From: Nostoc sp. | GTDB taxonomy: Bacteria; Cyanobacteriota; Cyanobacteriia; Cyanobacteriales; Nostocaceae | Length of the DNA stretch: 64,000 nt | Direction of reading: 5' to 3' | Assembly: GCA_036918135.1 (NCBI GenBank) | Contig: JBALDB010000038.1 | Location: 1 to 64,000, forward strand | Shown: positions 1 through 11,402 of the stretch, piece by piece | Layout: the number at the start of each line of letters is the position of its first letter | Position numbering within the stretch: position 1 is the first letter of the stretch | The notes under the pieces: generated by a model | The model's input: only the letters and a program-made list of their open reading frames with translations | Database searches by the model: none | What the model was told of the DNA's origin: nothing | Position numbers and translations under genes: made by a program

Positions 1-93
1 TACTTACTCTAAGTAAGTTTCTGGCTCTACTGTTGTAGTTTGCGCTTTTTATTAACCTTTTACGGCTTTATTCGGTTAGGTGCAAGATATGAG

Positions 94-156
94 ATTTGTT
101 ATTTCGGCGAGCGCATTTGCTATTTCGACGACAGCATTTGCTATTTTGGCGAGCGC
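94..156. repeat. 3 x 21-bp imperfect tandem repeat
   Basis: atttgttatttcggcgagcgc / atttgctatttcgacgacagc / atttgctattttggcgagcgc. Confidence 0.8.
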
Positions 157-720
157 TGTCAGATCGTTGATTGGGTTTACAGCAAAACAACGGACAAATA
201 TAAACAAATAAATGAGTAAAAATACAGAAAAACTCTCAATTTTAACTCTTAATTAATTCCACAAACCTGGGGTATTAGGGGACTTAGACAAAAGGTTTAT
301 GTATTACTTTAGAAACTAAGACTTCCAACCTCGATGATTAAAAGAATCAATAGCCAAAGTCTCTATCGCTGAGTTCAAGGTTGCTTGCCTCTAGTGACTT
401 TTGCAACTATATAGATGAAATCTTAACTGTTGCTGCGGATAAAATCATCAATACCTAGAGTATGAATACCTTAATTATTAACTTTACTTTTGTTATTTAA
501 CTCACAAATCAGTAAATCAAAATATGTCAATTAAGTGCATCAAGTTTATTAATCAAGACAGCACTTGATATCTGCTTAATTATATAAAATACTAGGTGTA
601 TAGGTGAGCTTGTCGTAGACATCGCCCTATATTGACCAAGTAAGACTGACTTTTTTCTTAATATCAACAAATTTTTTCAAAAATATGAGACTATAGAAAT
701 ATTCAGACAGTCAGAAAAAC

Positions 721-987
721 GTGAGTCAGCAAGACAAAATCTTAGGAAAAATCCTCTGTGGGACTTCTGATACAGACATCCCTTTTGCTCAATTGTGGCA
801 ACTCTTATACAAACTAGGCTTTGATGAGCGGATTCGTGGCGATCATCGTATTTTTGTCAAGGAAGGTGTTGAGGAAATATTAAACCTGCAACACAAAAGA
901 GGAAAAGCTAAAAGCTATCAAGTTAAACAAGTTCGATCGGTAATTCTTAAGTATCAACTAGGAAGTAAAAATGACTTTTCGCTATGA
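721..987 (+). CDS. hicA: HicA-family toxin (mRNA interferase)
   Basis: 88 aa basic protein with LGF..RIRGDHRIF and K.YQVKQV motifs; overlaps the start of hicB. Confidence 0.85.
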   Translation: MSQQDKILGKILCGTSDTDIPFAQLWQLLYKLGFDERIRGDHRIFVKEGVEEILNLQHKRGKAKSYQVKQVRSVILKYQLGSKNDFSL

Positions 988-1171
988 GGTTATTCTCTAC
1001 TGGAGTAGGGAAAATCAAGCTTTTATTGCCGAAGTACCAGAATTACCAGGCTGTGCTGCTGATGGCGAGACTTATCAAGAAGCTTTGCATAATGTAGAAA
1101 TAGTGATGCAGGAGTGGATAGAAACGGCTAAGGATTTAAGCCGTTCAATTCCTGAACCTAAACCACGTTAG
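971..1171 (+). CDS. hicB: HicB-family antitoxin, short form
   Basis: FIAEVPELPGCAADGETYQEAL...IPEP signature. Confidence 0.9.
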   Translation: MTFRYEVILYWSRENQAFIAEVPELPGCAADGETYQEALHNVEIVMQEWIETAKDLSRSIPEPKPR

Positions 1172-1282
1172 ATGTTGGAGACTAAAAAAATATTTGTAAA
1201 GAATGAAACCTGTACCCTTAAAGAACGAAAGCTGTATCCGAGCAACCATTGATTTTTACGCAAGCAGATCGCAGTTGTGTTA

Positions 1283-1420
1283 ATATTCAAAGGAATCTCG
1301 GTTCTAGTGGGGAACAGCTACTAGAGGAAACGGGGAAAGTCCGGTGTAAATCCGGCGCTGTCCCGCAGCTGTAATCAAGGTTTACCTTGTGAGTCAGAAT
1401 GCCCGCCGAAGTTGACTTGT
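1283..1420 (+). promoter_or_regulatory. Cobalamin riboswitch
   Basis: GGGAAAGTCCGGTGTAAATCCGGCGCTGTCCCGCAGCTGTAA core and B12-box-like GAGTCAGAATGCCCGCCG, upstream of cobW. Confidence 0.92.
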
Positions 1421-1862
1421 AAATTTTGTACATCTGCGAGGCACAGATTAAATATTTTTATGAATATTTCTACAATTAATAAGCTTTACATTCTCATAGC
1501 GATACATATTAGGACGTTACAGATTACGGCTTTTTATAAGATGGTAAATGGTTTATTCTCGGAACAAATTATGCTTGCTGACGCTAATTTTCTTTGAGAT
1601 AACTATTTACAAAAAAGATAGATATGCTTATTTGTCTGGGTACATCTCAGTTTTTATTTTTTGATGAGATAATAACTGTCATTGCTAAAAAGAATGACGA
1701 AGTAATCGTATAAACTCGCTCATCTTTGGATAATTTTGTAATTACCTTTCACATCCTTACAAATTAGTAAACAGATGAAATTCGCGTCTTTACTGTGTGA
1801 TATCTGCGGTTATAACTTCTTTCTTGTCATTGCAAAATTAATCAACAAACAACATACTTTAT

Positions 1863-2933
1863 ATGCATAAAATTCCCGTTACAGTGATTACAGGATTTCT
1901 CGGCGCAGGCAAAACAACGTTAATTCGCCATTTACTGCAAAACAATGATGGACGACGCATTGCTGTTTTGGTGAATGAATTTGGAGAAATCGGAATTGAT
2001 GGCGAACTTTTGCGTGATTGCCAAGTTTGTGACGATGAAGAAGACGCTAACAGTAACATTGTTGAACTCACCAACGGTTGCTTGTGCTGCACGGTGCAAG
2101 AGGAATTCTTACCAGCAATGCAAGAATTATTGAAGCGACGCGACAGCCTAGACTGTATGTTGATTGAAACCTCTGGACTAGCACTACCAAAACCATTGGT
2201 GCAAGCATTTCGCTGGCCCGAAATTCGCACAGGCGCAACAGTGGACGGCGTAATCACTGTGGTGGACTGTGAAGCTTTAGCAAGCAATCAATATGTAGGT
2301 GATTTAGCAGCTTTGTTAGCACAGCGACAAGCCGACTCTAGCATAGAACACGAAACACCAATTGAGGAACTGTTTGAAGATCAGCTGGCTTGTGCTGATT
2401 TAGTATTGTTGACTAAAAGCGATCGCGTTGACGAACAAACGCAAGTTAGAGTTCAGGATTGGTTAAAGCAGAACTTATCCCCTGGTGTAAAAGTCATTCC
2501 TTGCCAAGACGGTAAAATTAGTAGCGATTTGTTACTCGGTTTTAACGCTGCTGTGGAAGACAACTTAGATAGTCGTCCCAGCCATCACGACAACGAAGCC
2601 GAACACGAACATGATGATGGGATTAATGCTGTGCAACTACTCCTAGACCAGGCATTTGAGCCATCTATTTTGGTCAAACGTTTACAAACATTGGTGCAGC
2701 AGCAAGAAATTTATCGAATTAAGGGATTTGTAGCAGTTCCTAATAAAGCCATGCGTATGGTATTACAGGGTGTTGGTAATCGATTTGACTACTTTTACGA
2801 TCGTCCTTGGCAACCTGAGGAACCCCGTCAAACGCGATTAGTGTTCATTGGTCGGGAACTAGAGCAAGTTGGCATTGAGTCAGTGGTTTTGAACGAGGAA
2901 GTAAATGCGACCATCCAAGGGACTTCCAATTAA
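1863..2933 (+). CDS. cobW: Cobalamin biosynthesis G3E GTPase CobW
   Basis: GFLGAGKTT, NEFGE, GCLCC, IETSG, His-rich patch; lies behind a B12 riboswitch. Confidence 0.92.
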   Translation: MHKIPVTVITGFLGAGKTTLIRHLLQNNDGRRIAVLVNEFGEIGIDGELLRDCQVCDDEEDANSNIVELTNGCLCCTVQEEFLPAMQELLKRRDSLDCMLIETSGLALPKPLVQAFRWPEIRTGATVDGVITVVDCEALASNQYVGDLAALLAQRQADSSIEHETPIEELFEDQLACADLVLLTKSDRVDEQTQVRVQDWLKQNLSPGVKVIPCQDGKISSDLLLGFNAAVEDNLDSRPSHHDNEAEHEHDDGINAVQLLLDQAFEPSILVKRLQTLVQQQEIYRIKGFVAVPNKAMRMVLQGVGNRFDYFYDRPWQPEEPRQTRLVFIGRELEQVGIESVVLNEEVNATIQGTSN

Positions 2934-3070
2934 AAAATAGGTAATTGGAAATTGGTAATAGCTAATAGGTAATTGAAAATTTACCCATTCCTCATTCCCC
3001 ATTCCCCATTACCAACCCTCATAGATATCATAAGTATTCAAACCGGATAATTTATTTTCTGGAAGTCCCT
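2918..3070. mobile_element. MITE-like element, copy A
   Basis: Terminal inverted repeats AGGGACTTCCA...TGGAAGTCCCT, internal heptamer tracts, near-identical inverted copy at 6906-7065. Confidence 0.75.
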
Positions 3071-3193
3071 AAATAAAAAATCTCCCACTGTTCACAGTCA
3101 TCGGTGAACAATCATCACAAGTCGGTGCGTTGCCCAGAGTCGTCTGTTGCGTTCACGGAACGTCTGGTAGAGACACTTTCACCATACACAACC

Positions 3194-3209
3194 GATAATT
3201 ATTCTCATT
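3194..3209. promoter_or_regulatory. Fur-box-like site
   Basis: GATAATTATTCTCATT upstream of a metal transporter gene. Confidence 0.4.
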
Positions 3210-3247
3210 TTTGGTTTCATGCTTATCTGCCCTATGATAGGCTGAAA

Positions 3248-3266
3248 AATGAGAAAATAATGAAAA
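3248..3266 (+). promoter_or_regulatory. ManR-type direct repeat
   Basis: AATGAGAA-AAT-AATGAAAA matches the recalled cyanobacterial ManR repeat (T/A)ATGA(G/A)A(A/G) with 3-nt spacer, upstream of mntH. Confidence 0.65.
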
Positions 3267-3356
3267 AATTTAGCTAAAATAACTTTCAACAGTTCCCAAG
3301 TCAGCTGCTCGGCTTTTTCGGACTTAGGACGAAAATTATTATAGAGGCAAGCCGTT

Positions 3357-4679
3357 ATGACGGAGACTGAACGCACTCCTTCGCTACCAGAGGTTTATCG
3401 TACAATCCGCGTGCCCGAACAAGGTCGTTTCTGGCGCAAAATGCTGGCGTACGGTGGTCCTGGATATCTGGTAGCGGTGGGTTATATGGACCCTGGCAAC
3501 TGGGCAACTGACTTAGCTGGCGGTGCCCAATTTGGTTATATGTTACTAAGCGTCATCCTGGTCTCCAATTTGATGGCAATTTTATTGCAGTTCCTTTGTG
3601 TCAAATTGGCAGTTGCTGGCGGACGAGATCTCGCTCAAGCCTGTCGAGACTTTTTCAGTCCCCAGGTGAGCTTCTGCTTGTGGATTTTGTGTGAAATTGC
3701 CATTGCTGCATGTGACCTAGCAGAACTGGTCGGCAGTGCGATCGCTTTACAATTGTTGTTCGGCATTCCTTTGGCTGTGGGCGTGTGCATTACAGCTTTA
3801 GATGTGATGATGGTGCTATTTCTGCAAAACAAAGGCTTTCGCTACGTTGAAGCTTTGGTGATTACTCTAATGTCGATTGTTGGGGTTTGCTTTGTGACTG
3901 AATTATTTGTTGCTCGTCCCGACATTGGCGGTATTGTTCAGGGCTTTATTCCTCACTCACAAGTGGTGCGAAATCCAGAGGCGCTCTACATTGCAATTGG
4001 AATTTTAGGGGCAACAGTGATGCCTCATAATCTCTATCTCCACTCTTCGATCGTCCAAACCCGCGATTGGCAAGAAGTCCCTGAAAAAAAGCGAGAAGCG
4101 ATCGCCTTTGCCACAATTGATTCAACTGTGGCGTTGTCGTTTGCTTTATTTATTAACGCTGCAATTTTAATTTTAGCGGCTGCCACGTTCCACTTTTCTG
4201 GTCATCGGGATGTTGCAGAAATTCAAGATGCGTACAAATTGCTATCTCCATTACTGGGATTTGGGCCTGCCAGTATTCTATTTGCCTTCGCACTACTAGC
4301 ATCAGGGCAAAACTCAACCCTTACTGGCACCTTGGCGGGACAGATTGTCATGGAAGGATTTTTGCACATCCGTTTGCGTCCCTGGCTACGACGCTTATTA
4401 ACTCGTCTAATTGCTATTGTTCCAGCTCTAGTAACGATTGTATTTTTTGGTGAAGGTAGCACCACTAATTTATTGATTTTCAGTCAAGTGATTCTCAGTT
4501 TACAGCTTTCCTTTGCTGTGGTTCCCCTAGTGATGTTTACAAGCGATCGCCGTTTAATGGGAGAGTTCGTGAATCCGCGTTGGCTCAAAATTCTTGCCTA
4601 TGCCATAGCAACTCTGATTGCTGCATTGAATGCTTGGTTGTTGTTACAGACCTTCTTAGAATGGCTACAACCAGGCTAA
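3357..4679 (+). CDS. mntH: Nramp divalent metal (Mn2+) transporter
   Basis: GYMDPGNW and MPHNLYLHS motifs; multiple TM helices. Confidence 0.95.
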   Translation: MTETERTPSLPEVYRTIRVPEQGRFWRKMLAYGGPGYLVAVGYMDPGNWATDLAGGAQFGYMLLSVILVSNLMAILLQFLCVKLAVAGGRDLAQACRDFFSPQVSFCLWILCEIAIAACDLAELVGSAIALQLLFGIPLAVGVCITALDVMMVLFLQNKGFRYVEALVITLMSIVGVCFVTELFVARPDIGGIVQGFIPHSQVVRNPEALYIAIGILGATVMPHNLYLHSSIVQTRDWQEVPEKKREAIAFATIDSTVALSFALFINAAILILAAATFHFSGHRDVAEIQDAYKLLSPLLGFGPASILFAFALLASGQNSTLTGTLAGQIVMEGFLHIRLRPWLRRLLTRLIAIVPALVTIVFFGEGSTTNLLIFSQVILSLQLSFAVVPLVMFTSDRRLMGEFVNPRWLKILAYAIATLIAALNAWLLLQTFLEWLQPG

Positions 4680-4684
4680 CGATT

Positions 4685-5731
4685 ATGAGTAACTCCATTT
4701 TGACAACTCACAACTTGACTATTGGTTACAAGACATCCCGGAAAACTGTTCGGTGTGTTGCATCGGATATTTCTGTATCTCTCTTAGCTGGGGAACTTGT
4801 TTGTTTACTTGGCCCTAATGGTGCGGGTAAATCTACATTACTACGATCGCTAGCTGGAATGCAACCACCCATAGCAGGTGAAGTACGACTCTTAGGCGAA
4901 AACATCTATCATTTACAACCGCAAGATTTAGCCAAACGCCTGAGTCTGGTACTTACCGAGAAAGTTGATGTGGGAATGCTATCTGCATACACCTTGGTGA
5001 GTCTGGGACGATATCCTTACACTGACTGGTGGGGAAATTTGACACCCCAAGATGAAGCAGTAGTAGATTCGGCAATCAGATCTGTGGGAGCAGTACACTT
5101 AGCACAACGCCAAGTGAGCGAATTAAGTGACGGCGAACGCCAAAAAATCATGATTGCGCGTGCTTTGGCTCAGTCGCCTATTGTGATGTTACTTGATGAA
5201 CCTACAGCATTTCTCGATTTACCGCGACGGGTAGAAATTATGCAATTGTTGCGCCAGTTAGCGCGGGAAACTAATCAAGCGATTCTCCTTTCCACCCATG
5301 ATTTAAATTTAGCTTTGCGACTTGCTGATAAAGTTTGGTTATTATCGAGTAATGGGATTTTAGACATTGGCGCGCCAGAAGATTTAGTTTTGAGTGGTGC
5401 TTTTGCTAATACTTTCCGTACCGAAGGTGTAGAGTTTAATATTTATTCTGGGGAATTTTATCTCCATCAACCGCACAAAGGAGAAATTAATGTCATCGGT
5501 GAGGGAATTACAGTAATATGGACTATTCGAGCTTTAGAAAGAGTGGGATTTGTGGTTAATCAAAGGAGGAAGTCTTCTTCTCTCATCGACGCTAATCCAT
5601 CAGAAATCTCACTTGAGCTAATATATAATCAAGACAAAATTCTCTGGCAAATTACAAAGAATCAGACTTTAACTATTTATTATTCACTATACGAACTAAT
5701 TCATGATTTGAATTTGCTACATCAAGATTAA
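4685..5731 (+). CDS. ABC ATPase, cobalamin/iron-chelate uptake (BtuD/FecE-like)
   Basis: GPNGAGKST, LSDGERQ, LLDEPT, STHD; likely ATG at 4685, 5 bp after the mntH stop. Confidence 0.85.
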   Translation: MSNSILTTHNLTIGYKTSRKTVRCVASDISVSLLAGELVCLLGPNGAGKSTLLRSLAGMQPPIAGEVRLLGENIYHLQPQDLAKRLSLVLTEKVDVGMLSAYTLVSLGRYPYTDWWGNLTPQDEAVVDSAIRSVGAVHLAQRQVSELSDGERQKIMIARALAQSPIVMLLDEPTAFLDLPRRVEIMQLLRQLARETNQAILLSTHDLNLALRLADKVWLLSSNGILDIGAPEDLVLSGAFANTFRTEGVEFNIYSGEFYLHQPHKGEINVIGEGITVIWTIRALERVGFVVNQRRKSSSLIDANPSEISLELIYNQDKILWQITKNQTLTIYYSLYELIHDLNLLHQD

Positions 5732-6231
5732 TAGCTATTAAAAGATATTGACAGACGATTTATTAAGTAAATTTTAAGTAGAGTGTGTGATAGCACTGTA
5801 ATGCATAGGTATACAAAATAGTACGTAATAGGATATTTGTGAGGGTTGGTAATGGGTAATGGGAAAGAAAAACATAACTGTTTACCTCTTCCCAATTACC
5901 AATTACTAAAAATACCAACATATTCTAAGTAATTAGCCGAACTTGATATCAAATAACCGTCATTACGTTCGTAGGGGAGTAATATTGAAAACGTTGTAAT
6001 TGCGTCGTTTCAGTACTATTAACAGTCAACAGAAGCCAGTGTGTTGGGCGGCTGTGCCGACTTGTTCGCGTAGCGTCTCCGATAAGAGAAGCAACTAGTG
6101 TTCAATAACTACCACTGATATTTTTACAACTCAAATAAGAATCTTATAGTACCTACTTTACATTAGTAAGCAGAACAATTAATGTATAGTTAAGCACTAA
6201 CAACAAGTTTCAATTAATCAGGGGTGACATT

Positions 6232-6924
6232 GTGAGTAAAAAAATACTTGTGGTTTTAACTAGCGTTGAAAAGTATCCAAATTTGAATCGGGCTACGGGA
6301 TTGTGGTTTGGAGAAGCCATACATTTTGTTAAAAAAGTTGAAGAGGCTGGCTATGAAGTTGATTATGTAAGTCCACAAGGTGGGTATACGCCAATTGACC
6401 CCCATAGTTTGGCAATGACAGATTCAAGTGATTGGGAATGGTATCAAAACAAAGAATTTATGAATCGTCTTGGGACTACGCTAAAACCAAGCGAAGTCAA
6501 ACCAGATGATTACGTTGCGATTTACTATGCTGGCGGTCATGGGGTAGTCTGGGATTTTCCTGAGAACGAGGAATTACAGTCTATCAGCCGAAAAATTTAT
6601 GAAAATAATGGGTTTGTCTCTTCAGTTTGTCATGGCGCTCTAGGCTTGCTGAATATCAAATTGTCAGATGGAGCGCTGCTGGTTAAAGACAAAGAAGTCA
6701 CTGGTTTTTCAAATGAAGAAGAAAAACTTGCTCACTTAGATGAGTTTGTTCCTTTCTTGACGGAAACTGAATTAATGACGCGAGGAGCTATTTACAAAAG
6801 AGCAGATCGACCTTGGGCTTCTTTTGCTATTGAAGATAGAAGGCTGATCACTGGGCAAAATCCAGCATCTAGTGGTGCTGTTGCTGACTTACTGATTGCA
6901 GCATTAGGGAACTCGAAGAAATAA
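6232..6924 (+). CDS. DJ-1/PfpI (Hsp31-like) protein
   Basis: TGLWFGE, AGGHG, SVCHG nucleophile, ITGQNPAS. Confidence 0.9.
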   Translation: MSKKILVVLTSVEKYPNLNRATGLWFGEAIHFVKKVEEAGYEVDYVSPQGGYTPIDPHSLAMTDSSDWEWYQNKEFMNRLGTTLKPSEVKPDDYVAIYYAGGHGVVWDFPENEELQSISRKIYENNGFVSSVCHGALGLLNIKLSDGALLVKDKEVTGFSNEEEKLAHLDEFVPFLTETELMTRGAIYKRADRPWASFAIEDRRLITGQNPASSGAVADLLIAALGNSKK

Positions 6925-7065
6925 ATTATCCCGTTTGAATACTTATGATATTTGTGAGGGTTGGTAATGGGGAATGGGTAATGGGTGATGAGTGATAGGT
7001 AAATTTTCAATTACCTATTAGCTATTACCAATTTCCAATTACCTATTTTTTATTTGTCAGTCCCT
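6906..7065. mobile_element. MITE-like element, copy B (inverted relative to copy A)
   Basis: Long near-identical reverse-complement match to 2918-3070; degenerate terminal repeats. Confidence 0.72.
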
Positions 7066-7097
7066 AAAAAAAAGCCTCTGGTAGAAATACCAGAGGT
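7066..7097 (-). terminator. Intrinsic terminator hairpin downstream of clpC
   Basis: CCTCTGGTA-gaaa-TACCAGAGG preceded by an A-run (U-run on minus strand). Confidence 0.6.
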
Positions 7098-7229
7098 GAA
7101 ACATATAATACCATTTCACTTGATGTTTGTCGGAGATGCCCCTGTTGATGCCTCTGCCTAAGCAAGAGGCTAGAGTGTTGCTAAAATATTACAGCAAAAA
7201 GTGATTAGGTATAAATATTAGCTGACATA

Positions 7230-9683
7230 TTAGCCAACATTTGCCAATAGCAACTCTCGTTTTGCTGATTTTTGGACTTTTACTTGAGAGTCATCATCAA
7301 CATCAACGATCGCAGTGTCTCCATCTGTAATTTCACCAGACAACAGGGCTTCAGCGAGAGAATCTTCCAAAAGGCGCATAATTGCTCGGCGTAAGGGTCT
7401 AGCGCCATAGCTGGGGTTATAGCCTTCTTGTACTACGCGTTCTTTGAAGCGATCGCTAACTTCTAAGGTAATTCCTTTTTCCGTCAGGCGGCTAGAAACG
7501 TCACGAAGCATAATTTCGGCGATTTGCTTGACTTCATCCCTAGAAAGCTGGGTGAAGACGATAATTTCATCGAGACGGTTGAGGAACTCTGGACGGAAGT
7601 AAGCTTTCAGTTCTTCATTCACTAAGTTGCGAATGCGATTGTAACTAGCGTCAGCTTGAGTATCAAAATCAAAGCCTAAACCACTACCGCCTTTTTCAAT
7701 CACCTTGGAACCGATGTTAGAAGTCAAAATGATTAGCGTATTCTTGAAGTCCACTTTCCGACCTTTGGCGTCAGTCAGTTGACCGTCATCCAAGATTTGC
7801 AAGAGCATATTGAAGACATCGGGGTGCGCTTTTTCAATTTCGTCAAAAAGCAACACTGTGTATGGTTTACGTCGAACTAGTTCGGTTAACTGTCCACCTT
7901 CGTCGTATCCAACATAACCAGGAGGCGAACCAATTAATTTGGATACAGTGTGGCTTTCCATGTATTCGGACATATCTAAGCGAATCATCGCCTCTTCCGA
8001 ACCAAAGAAATATGCAGCCAACGCCTTGGCTAATTCTGTTTTACCAACACCAGTAGGCCCAGAAAAGATAAAGCTAGCGATGGGACGATTGGGATTTTTT
8101 AAGCCGACGCGAGCGCGACGAATGGCGCGAGATACGGCTGTAACTGCTTGCTCTTGACCGATAAGCCGCTGGTGTAGAGTGTCTTCCAGGTGCAGAAGTA
8201 ACTCTGACTCAGATTCAGTCAGCTTGTTAACTGGTACGCCAGTCCAAGAAGCCACGATTTGGGCAATGTCTTCTTCATCAACTACAGCGACATTGACATT
8301 TTTATCATTTTGTGCGTATGTAGCTTGTAATTGATTTGTGAGTTCCAATTCTTGGTCGCGCAGTTGTCCGGCTTTATCAAAATCCTGGACTTTAACTGCT
8401 GTTTCTTTGGCTTTGGTAACGCTAGCGAGTTCGCGTTTGAGTTCTTTATTGGTAGAACTTTGAGAGTTCCGCAAGCGAACGCGAGAGCCAGCTTCATCAA
8501 TTAAGTCTATTGCTTTATCTGGCAAAAAGCGATCGCTAATATAGCGGTCTGACAACTTGGCTGCTGCAACCACTGCGGTGTCAGAAATTGTGACTTTGTG
8601 GTGCTGTTCGTAAGCGCCGCGCAAGCCGTAAAGAATTTGTATAGTTTCCTCTACTGATGGTTCGCCGACCATAATCGGTTGGAAACGACGCTCTAAGGCG
8701 GCATCGCGTTCGATATGCTTACGATATTCATCGAGGGTAGTTGCGCCGATGCACTGGAGTTCACCCCGTGCTAAAGCGGGTTTGAGGATGTTGGCTGCAT
8801 CCAAACCGCCTTCTGTACCACCTGCGCCGACTAGGGTGTGAATTTCGTCAATCACCAAGATGATATTGCCCACAGAACGGACTTCTTCAACGACTTTTTT
8901 GATCCGTTCTTCAAAATCGCCACGGAAGCGAGTTCCAGCCACCAATAACCCCATATCAAGACTGATGACTTGCTTATCTTGCAACGATTCGGGGACATCT
9001 TGATTAATAATACGTTGAGCTAAACCTTCAGCGATCGCAGTTTTACCAACTCCTGGTTCCCCAATCAACACTGGGTTATTCTTAGTACGGCGACCGAGAA
9101 TTTGGATAGCACGCTCAATTTCACTTTGACGACCAACCATAGGGTCGAGTTGACCTGTTTGTGCTAATTTTGTCAGATTTCTGCCAAACTCTTCCATACT
9201 GAGCGTTTGGGTGCGCTTTTGATTTCCACCACCAGCGTAAGCTGGCGCATTTTCACCCAAACGGCGAGTAATCGAACTGCGGACAGTCTTAAAATCAACC
9301 CCTAGATTTTGCAACACTTTGGCGGCCACACCTTCGCCCGCCTCAGTCAATCCTAAGAGTAAGTGTTCGGTGTTAATGTAATTCTGTCCCAAACTATGAG
9401 CTTCTTTAAACGATTGCTCAAACAGGCTTTTCACCTTAGGAGTAAAAGGAATTTCTGGTGGTACAAAACCAGAACCCCTACCAATAATTTTTTCTACCTC
9501 ACGACGTGCGTCTTTGAGGGTAACGCCTAATTCGGCCAGCACTTTAGCAGCAACCCCAGTTCCTTCTCCCATCAAACCCAGGAGAATTTGTTCAGTTCCT
9601 ACGAAATTGTGTCCCAGGCGACGTGCTTCCTCCTGAGCTAGCATAATTACTCTAATGGCTTCGGAAGTGAAGTGTTCAAACAT
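7230..9683 (-). CDS. clpC: Clp protease ATP-binding subunit, ClpC paralogue
   Basis: Two Clp-N repeats and two AAA+ modules ([16 protein letters not shown]); start MFEHFT at 9683. Confidence 0.92.
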   Translation of the reverse strand: MFEHFTSEAIRVIMLAQEEARRLGHNFVGTEQILLGLMGEGTGVAAKVLAELGVTLKDARREVEKIIGRGSGFVPPEIPFTPKVKSLFEQSFKEAHSLGQNYINTEHLLLGLTEAGEGVAAKVLQNLGVDFKTVRSSITRRLGENAPAYAGGGNQKRTQTLSMEEFGRNLTKLAQTGQLDPMVGRQSEIERAIQILGRRTKNNPVLIGEPGVGKTAIAEGLAQRIINQDVPESLQDKQVISLDMGLLVAGTRFRGDFEERIKKVVEEVRSVGNIILVIDEIHTLVGAGGTEGGLDAANILKPALARGELQCIGATTLDEYRKHIERDAALERRFQPIMVGEPSVEETIQILYGLRGAYEQHHKVTISDTAVVAAAKLSDRYISDRFLPDKAIDLIDEAGSRVRLRNSQSSTNKELKRELASVTKAKETAVKVQDFDKAGQLRDQELELTNQLQATYAQNDKNVNVAVVDEEDIAQIVASWTGVPVNKLTESESELLLHLEDTLHQRLIGQEQAVTAVSRAIRRARVGLKNPNRPIASFIFSGPTGVGKTELAKALAAYFFGSEEAMIRLDMSEYMESHTVSKLIGSPPGYVGYDEGGQLTELVRRKPYTVLLFDEIEKAHPDVFNMLLQILDDGQLTDAKGRKVDFKNTLIILTSNIGSKVIEKGGSGLGFDFDTQADASYNRIRNLVNEELKAYFRPEFLNRLDEIIVFTQLSRDEVKQIAEIMLRDVSSRLTEKGITLEVSDRFKERVVQEGYNPSYGARPLRRAIMRLLEDSLAEALLSGEITDGDTAIVDVDDDSQVKVQKSAKRELLLANVG

Positions 9684-10043
9684 AGCGGGTTCTTGCTCCC
9701 TTGCTGCTTCGACTCTGGGTGAGATAAAATTCACCCTCATCTAAAGATTTTTGTATTTTCTTAACGACTAATGTAACTTTATTTAAATTTGACTGGCAGT
9801 GGTGAGAGCCGTAAGACCTCAGGTGTAGTTGCCGTCTGGGGAGTACTGAGAGGGGACTGGAGAAGATGAGGGAATGTGGTTCGACTTCGCTCGATTTTTG
9901 CATAGTCGAAACTCACTAATCAAAAGATGGGGGAGAATAACTCTGAACTTAGCAACTGGGCACTCCCACTTCCCAGTCCCTAGTCCCCTTTGTTTAGCTA
10001 AACTAAAAACTTAGGATTCAGCACTCAATATTTAGGACTAACA

Positions 10044-10340
10044 ATGAGTGAAGCAACGGGCGGTAAAGATCAACAGCACCCTCTTTATAACCGCGATCGC
10101 CCCCTTATTGATATTTTACTCGCTCAACAAGCAACAGACTATAACTTGGCAGAATTAGCTAGATTGCGAATTCGTTATCAAGGCTTTCCAGGGGCGAGAG
10201 ACATTCAAAAAGATTTAGATAAAGTTTTGCAACAGTGGGGTTTGACGGAAGCACAGCTTTTTGAGAAAACTCGCCAACTGCATGACTTGGGCGGTATTTA
10301 TAAAAGTCGCGGCAAGAAAGAGGAACAGGATTGGAATTAG
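10044..10340 (+). CDS. Conserved cyanobacterial protein (DUF3288-like)
   Basis: KDQQHP..LAELARLRIRYQGFPGARDIQ..EEQDW pattern. Confidence 0.7.
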   Translation: MSEATGGKDQQHPLYNRDRPLIDILLAQQATDYNLAELARLRIRYQGFPGARDIQKDLDKVLQQWGLTEAQLFEKTRQLHDLGGIYKSRGKKEEQDWN

Positions 10341-10390
10341 GTACGCCTGCCCTGTGCCCCTCTCAACCAGCCCAGAAGTGGAGGTTCTTC

Positions 10391-10560
10391 AGGAGGCAGG
10401 AGATAGGAGGCAGTTCTTGCTCGACGAACCCACGTTTAATTAATGAGTATCAAAGACTCATTAATGGAGTTCTGAGGTTCATTAATATATTCAGACACTC
10501 ATTAACGAAGTTTTGAAGTTCATTCCTCCCTTGCTCCCTGCTCCCCTGCCTCCTGCCTTC
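10391..10560. repeat. ~21-bp tandem units flanked by inverted heptamer (STRR) tracts
   Basis: About four ttaa...tca units between aggaggcagg and ctcccctgcctcctgcc tracts. Confidence 0.6.
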
Positions 10561-10572
10561 TTTTATAAAATT

Positions 10573-11067
10573 CTACTTACATCCTAAAGAATTACGGCTA
10601 TCCACACCAGTTTTAGAATTAACACCACTTGCCTTCGTACACAGTTTTTTCACTTGTATTTTATCTAAAACTGCATTTGTGAAATCAGCACCAGTAATAT
10701 CGACATTCTCAAAAGTAGAACGCAGCATCATTGCCTCGCTTAAGACTGCATCGCTCAAATCAGTGTTCTTAAATCTTGCTAGATAGGCTATGCCATTAGT
10801 AAAATCTGCACCATGCAGATTCACTCCCTCTAAGACAGTGCCGTTAAACACGACGCCGCGTAAGTCGGCGTTGCTAAAGTTAGCATTTTCTAAATCGACA
10901 TTGGTAAACTCAGTACCAACTAAACTTTGACCAGAGTAATCCTTAGCCTGAAGGTTATCTCCAGCAGAACGGGTAATACTGGAAGAACTTGCAGCTTGGG
11001 CTGAGAGCGGAAAAACGAAAAGAACTATAGCTAAGACAAAGCTAGCTAGTATTTGCCGATACTTCAT
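10573..11067 (-). CDS. Pentapeptide-repeat protein with signal peptide
   Basis: A(D/N)(L/F)xx repeats, AQA cleavage site, terminal Cys pair. Confidence 0.9.
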   Translation of the reverse strand: MKYRQILASFVLAIVLFVFPLSAQAASSSSITRSAGDNLQAKDYSGQSLVGTEFTNVDLENANFSNADLRGVVFNGTVLEGVNLHGADFTNGIAYLARFKNTDLSDAVLSEAMMLRSTFENVDITGADFTNAVLDKIQVKKLCTKASGVNSKTGVDSRNSLGCK

Positions 11068-11149
11068 AATGTTAAATTAACAAATCTCAACATTTTTCAC
11101 CATTAACTATTAAACCTTAATAAAGAGTGTTGAACGCCAGTTGCTTTAA

Positions 11150-11245
11150 TGGGGGGAACCCTCCGTTCGCGTAGCGTCTCCGATAGGAGAAGTTCTGATC
11201 GGAGAAAGCCTCCGCTCAGACTTCTCTCCACAACGCACTGGCTCC
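11150..11245. repeat. Nested small dispersed palindromic repeats (SDR-type)
   Basis: GCGTAGCGTCTCCGATAGGAGAAG; related copies near 6065, 24928, 29880 and 51590. Confidence 0.65.
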
Positions 11246-11402
11246 TGTTGAGTGTTGACCGAGGAGTTATTATTTACCTGTGTGCCTCTTTTTAATTCTC
11301 GATTTAAAATCTAAAATCCCAAATCCCAAATCGTATATTCTGTTAAACAAGAAAGCATCTCGTAGGATAGAGAGATGTTGAGGTGCGATCGCATAAATAC
11401 CT

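Noticed and set aside
1412..1597. 61-aa ORF after the riboswitch
   Set aside because: It has a TTG start overlapping the expression platform, is AT-rich and shows no recognisable motif.
4580..4684. Cys-rich N-terminal extension of the ABC ATPase
   Set aside because: It overlaps the mntH coding end in another frame; the ATG at 4685 is the better start.
11150..11400. Glycine riboswitch upstream of gcvT
   Set aside because: The hairpins match dispersed SDR-type repeats found elsewhere in the window, and the aptamer core is not recognisable.
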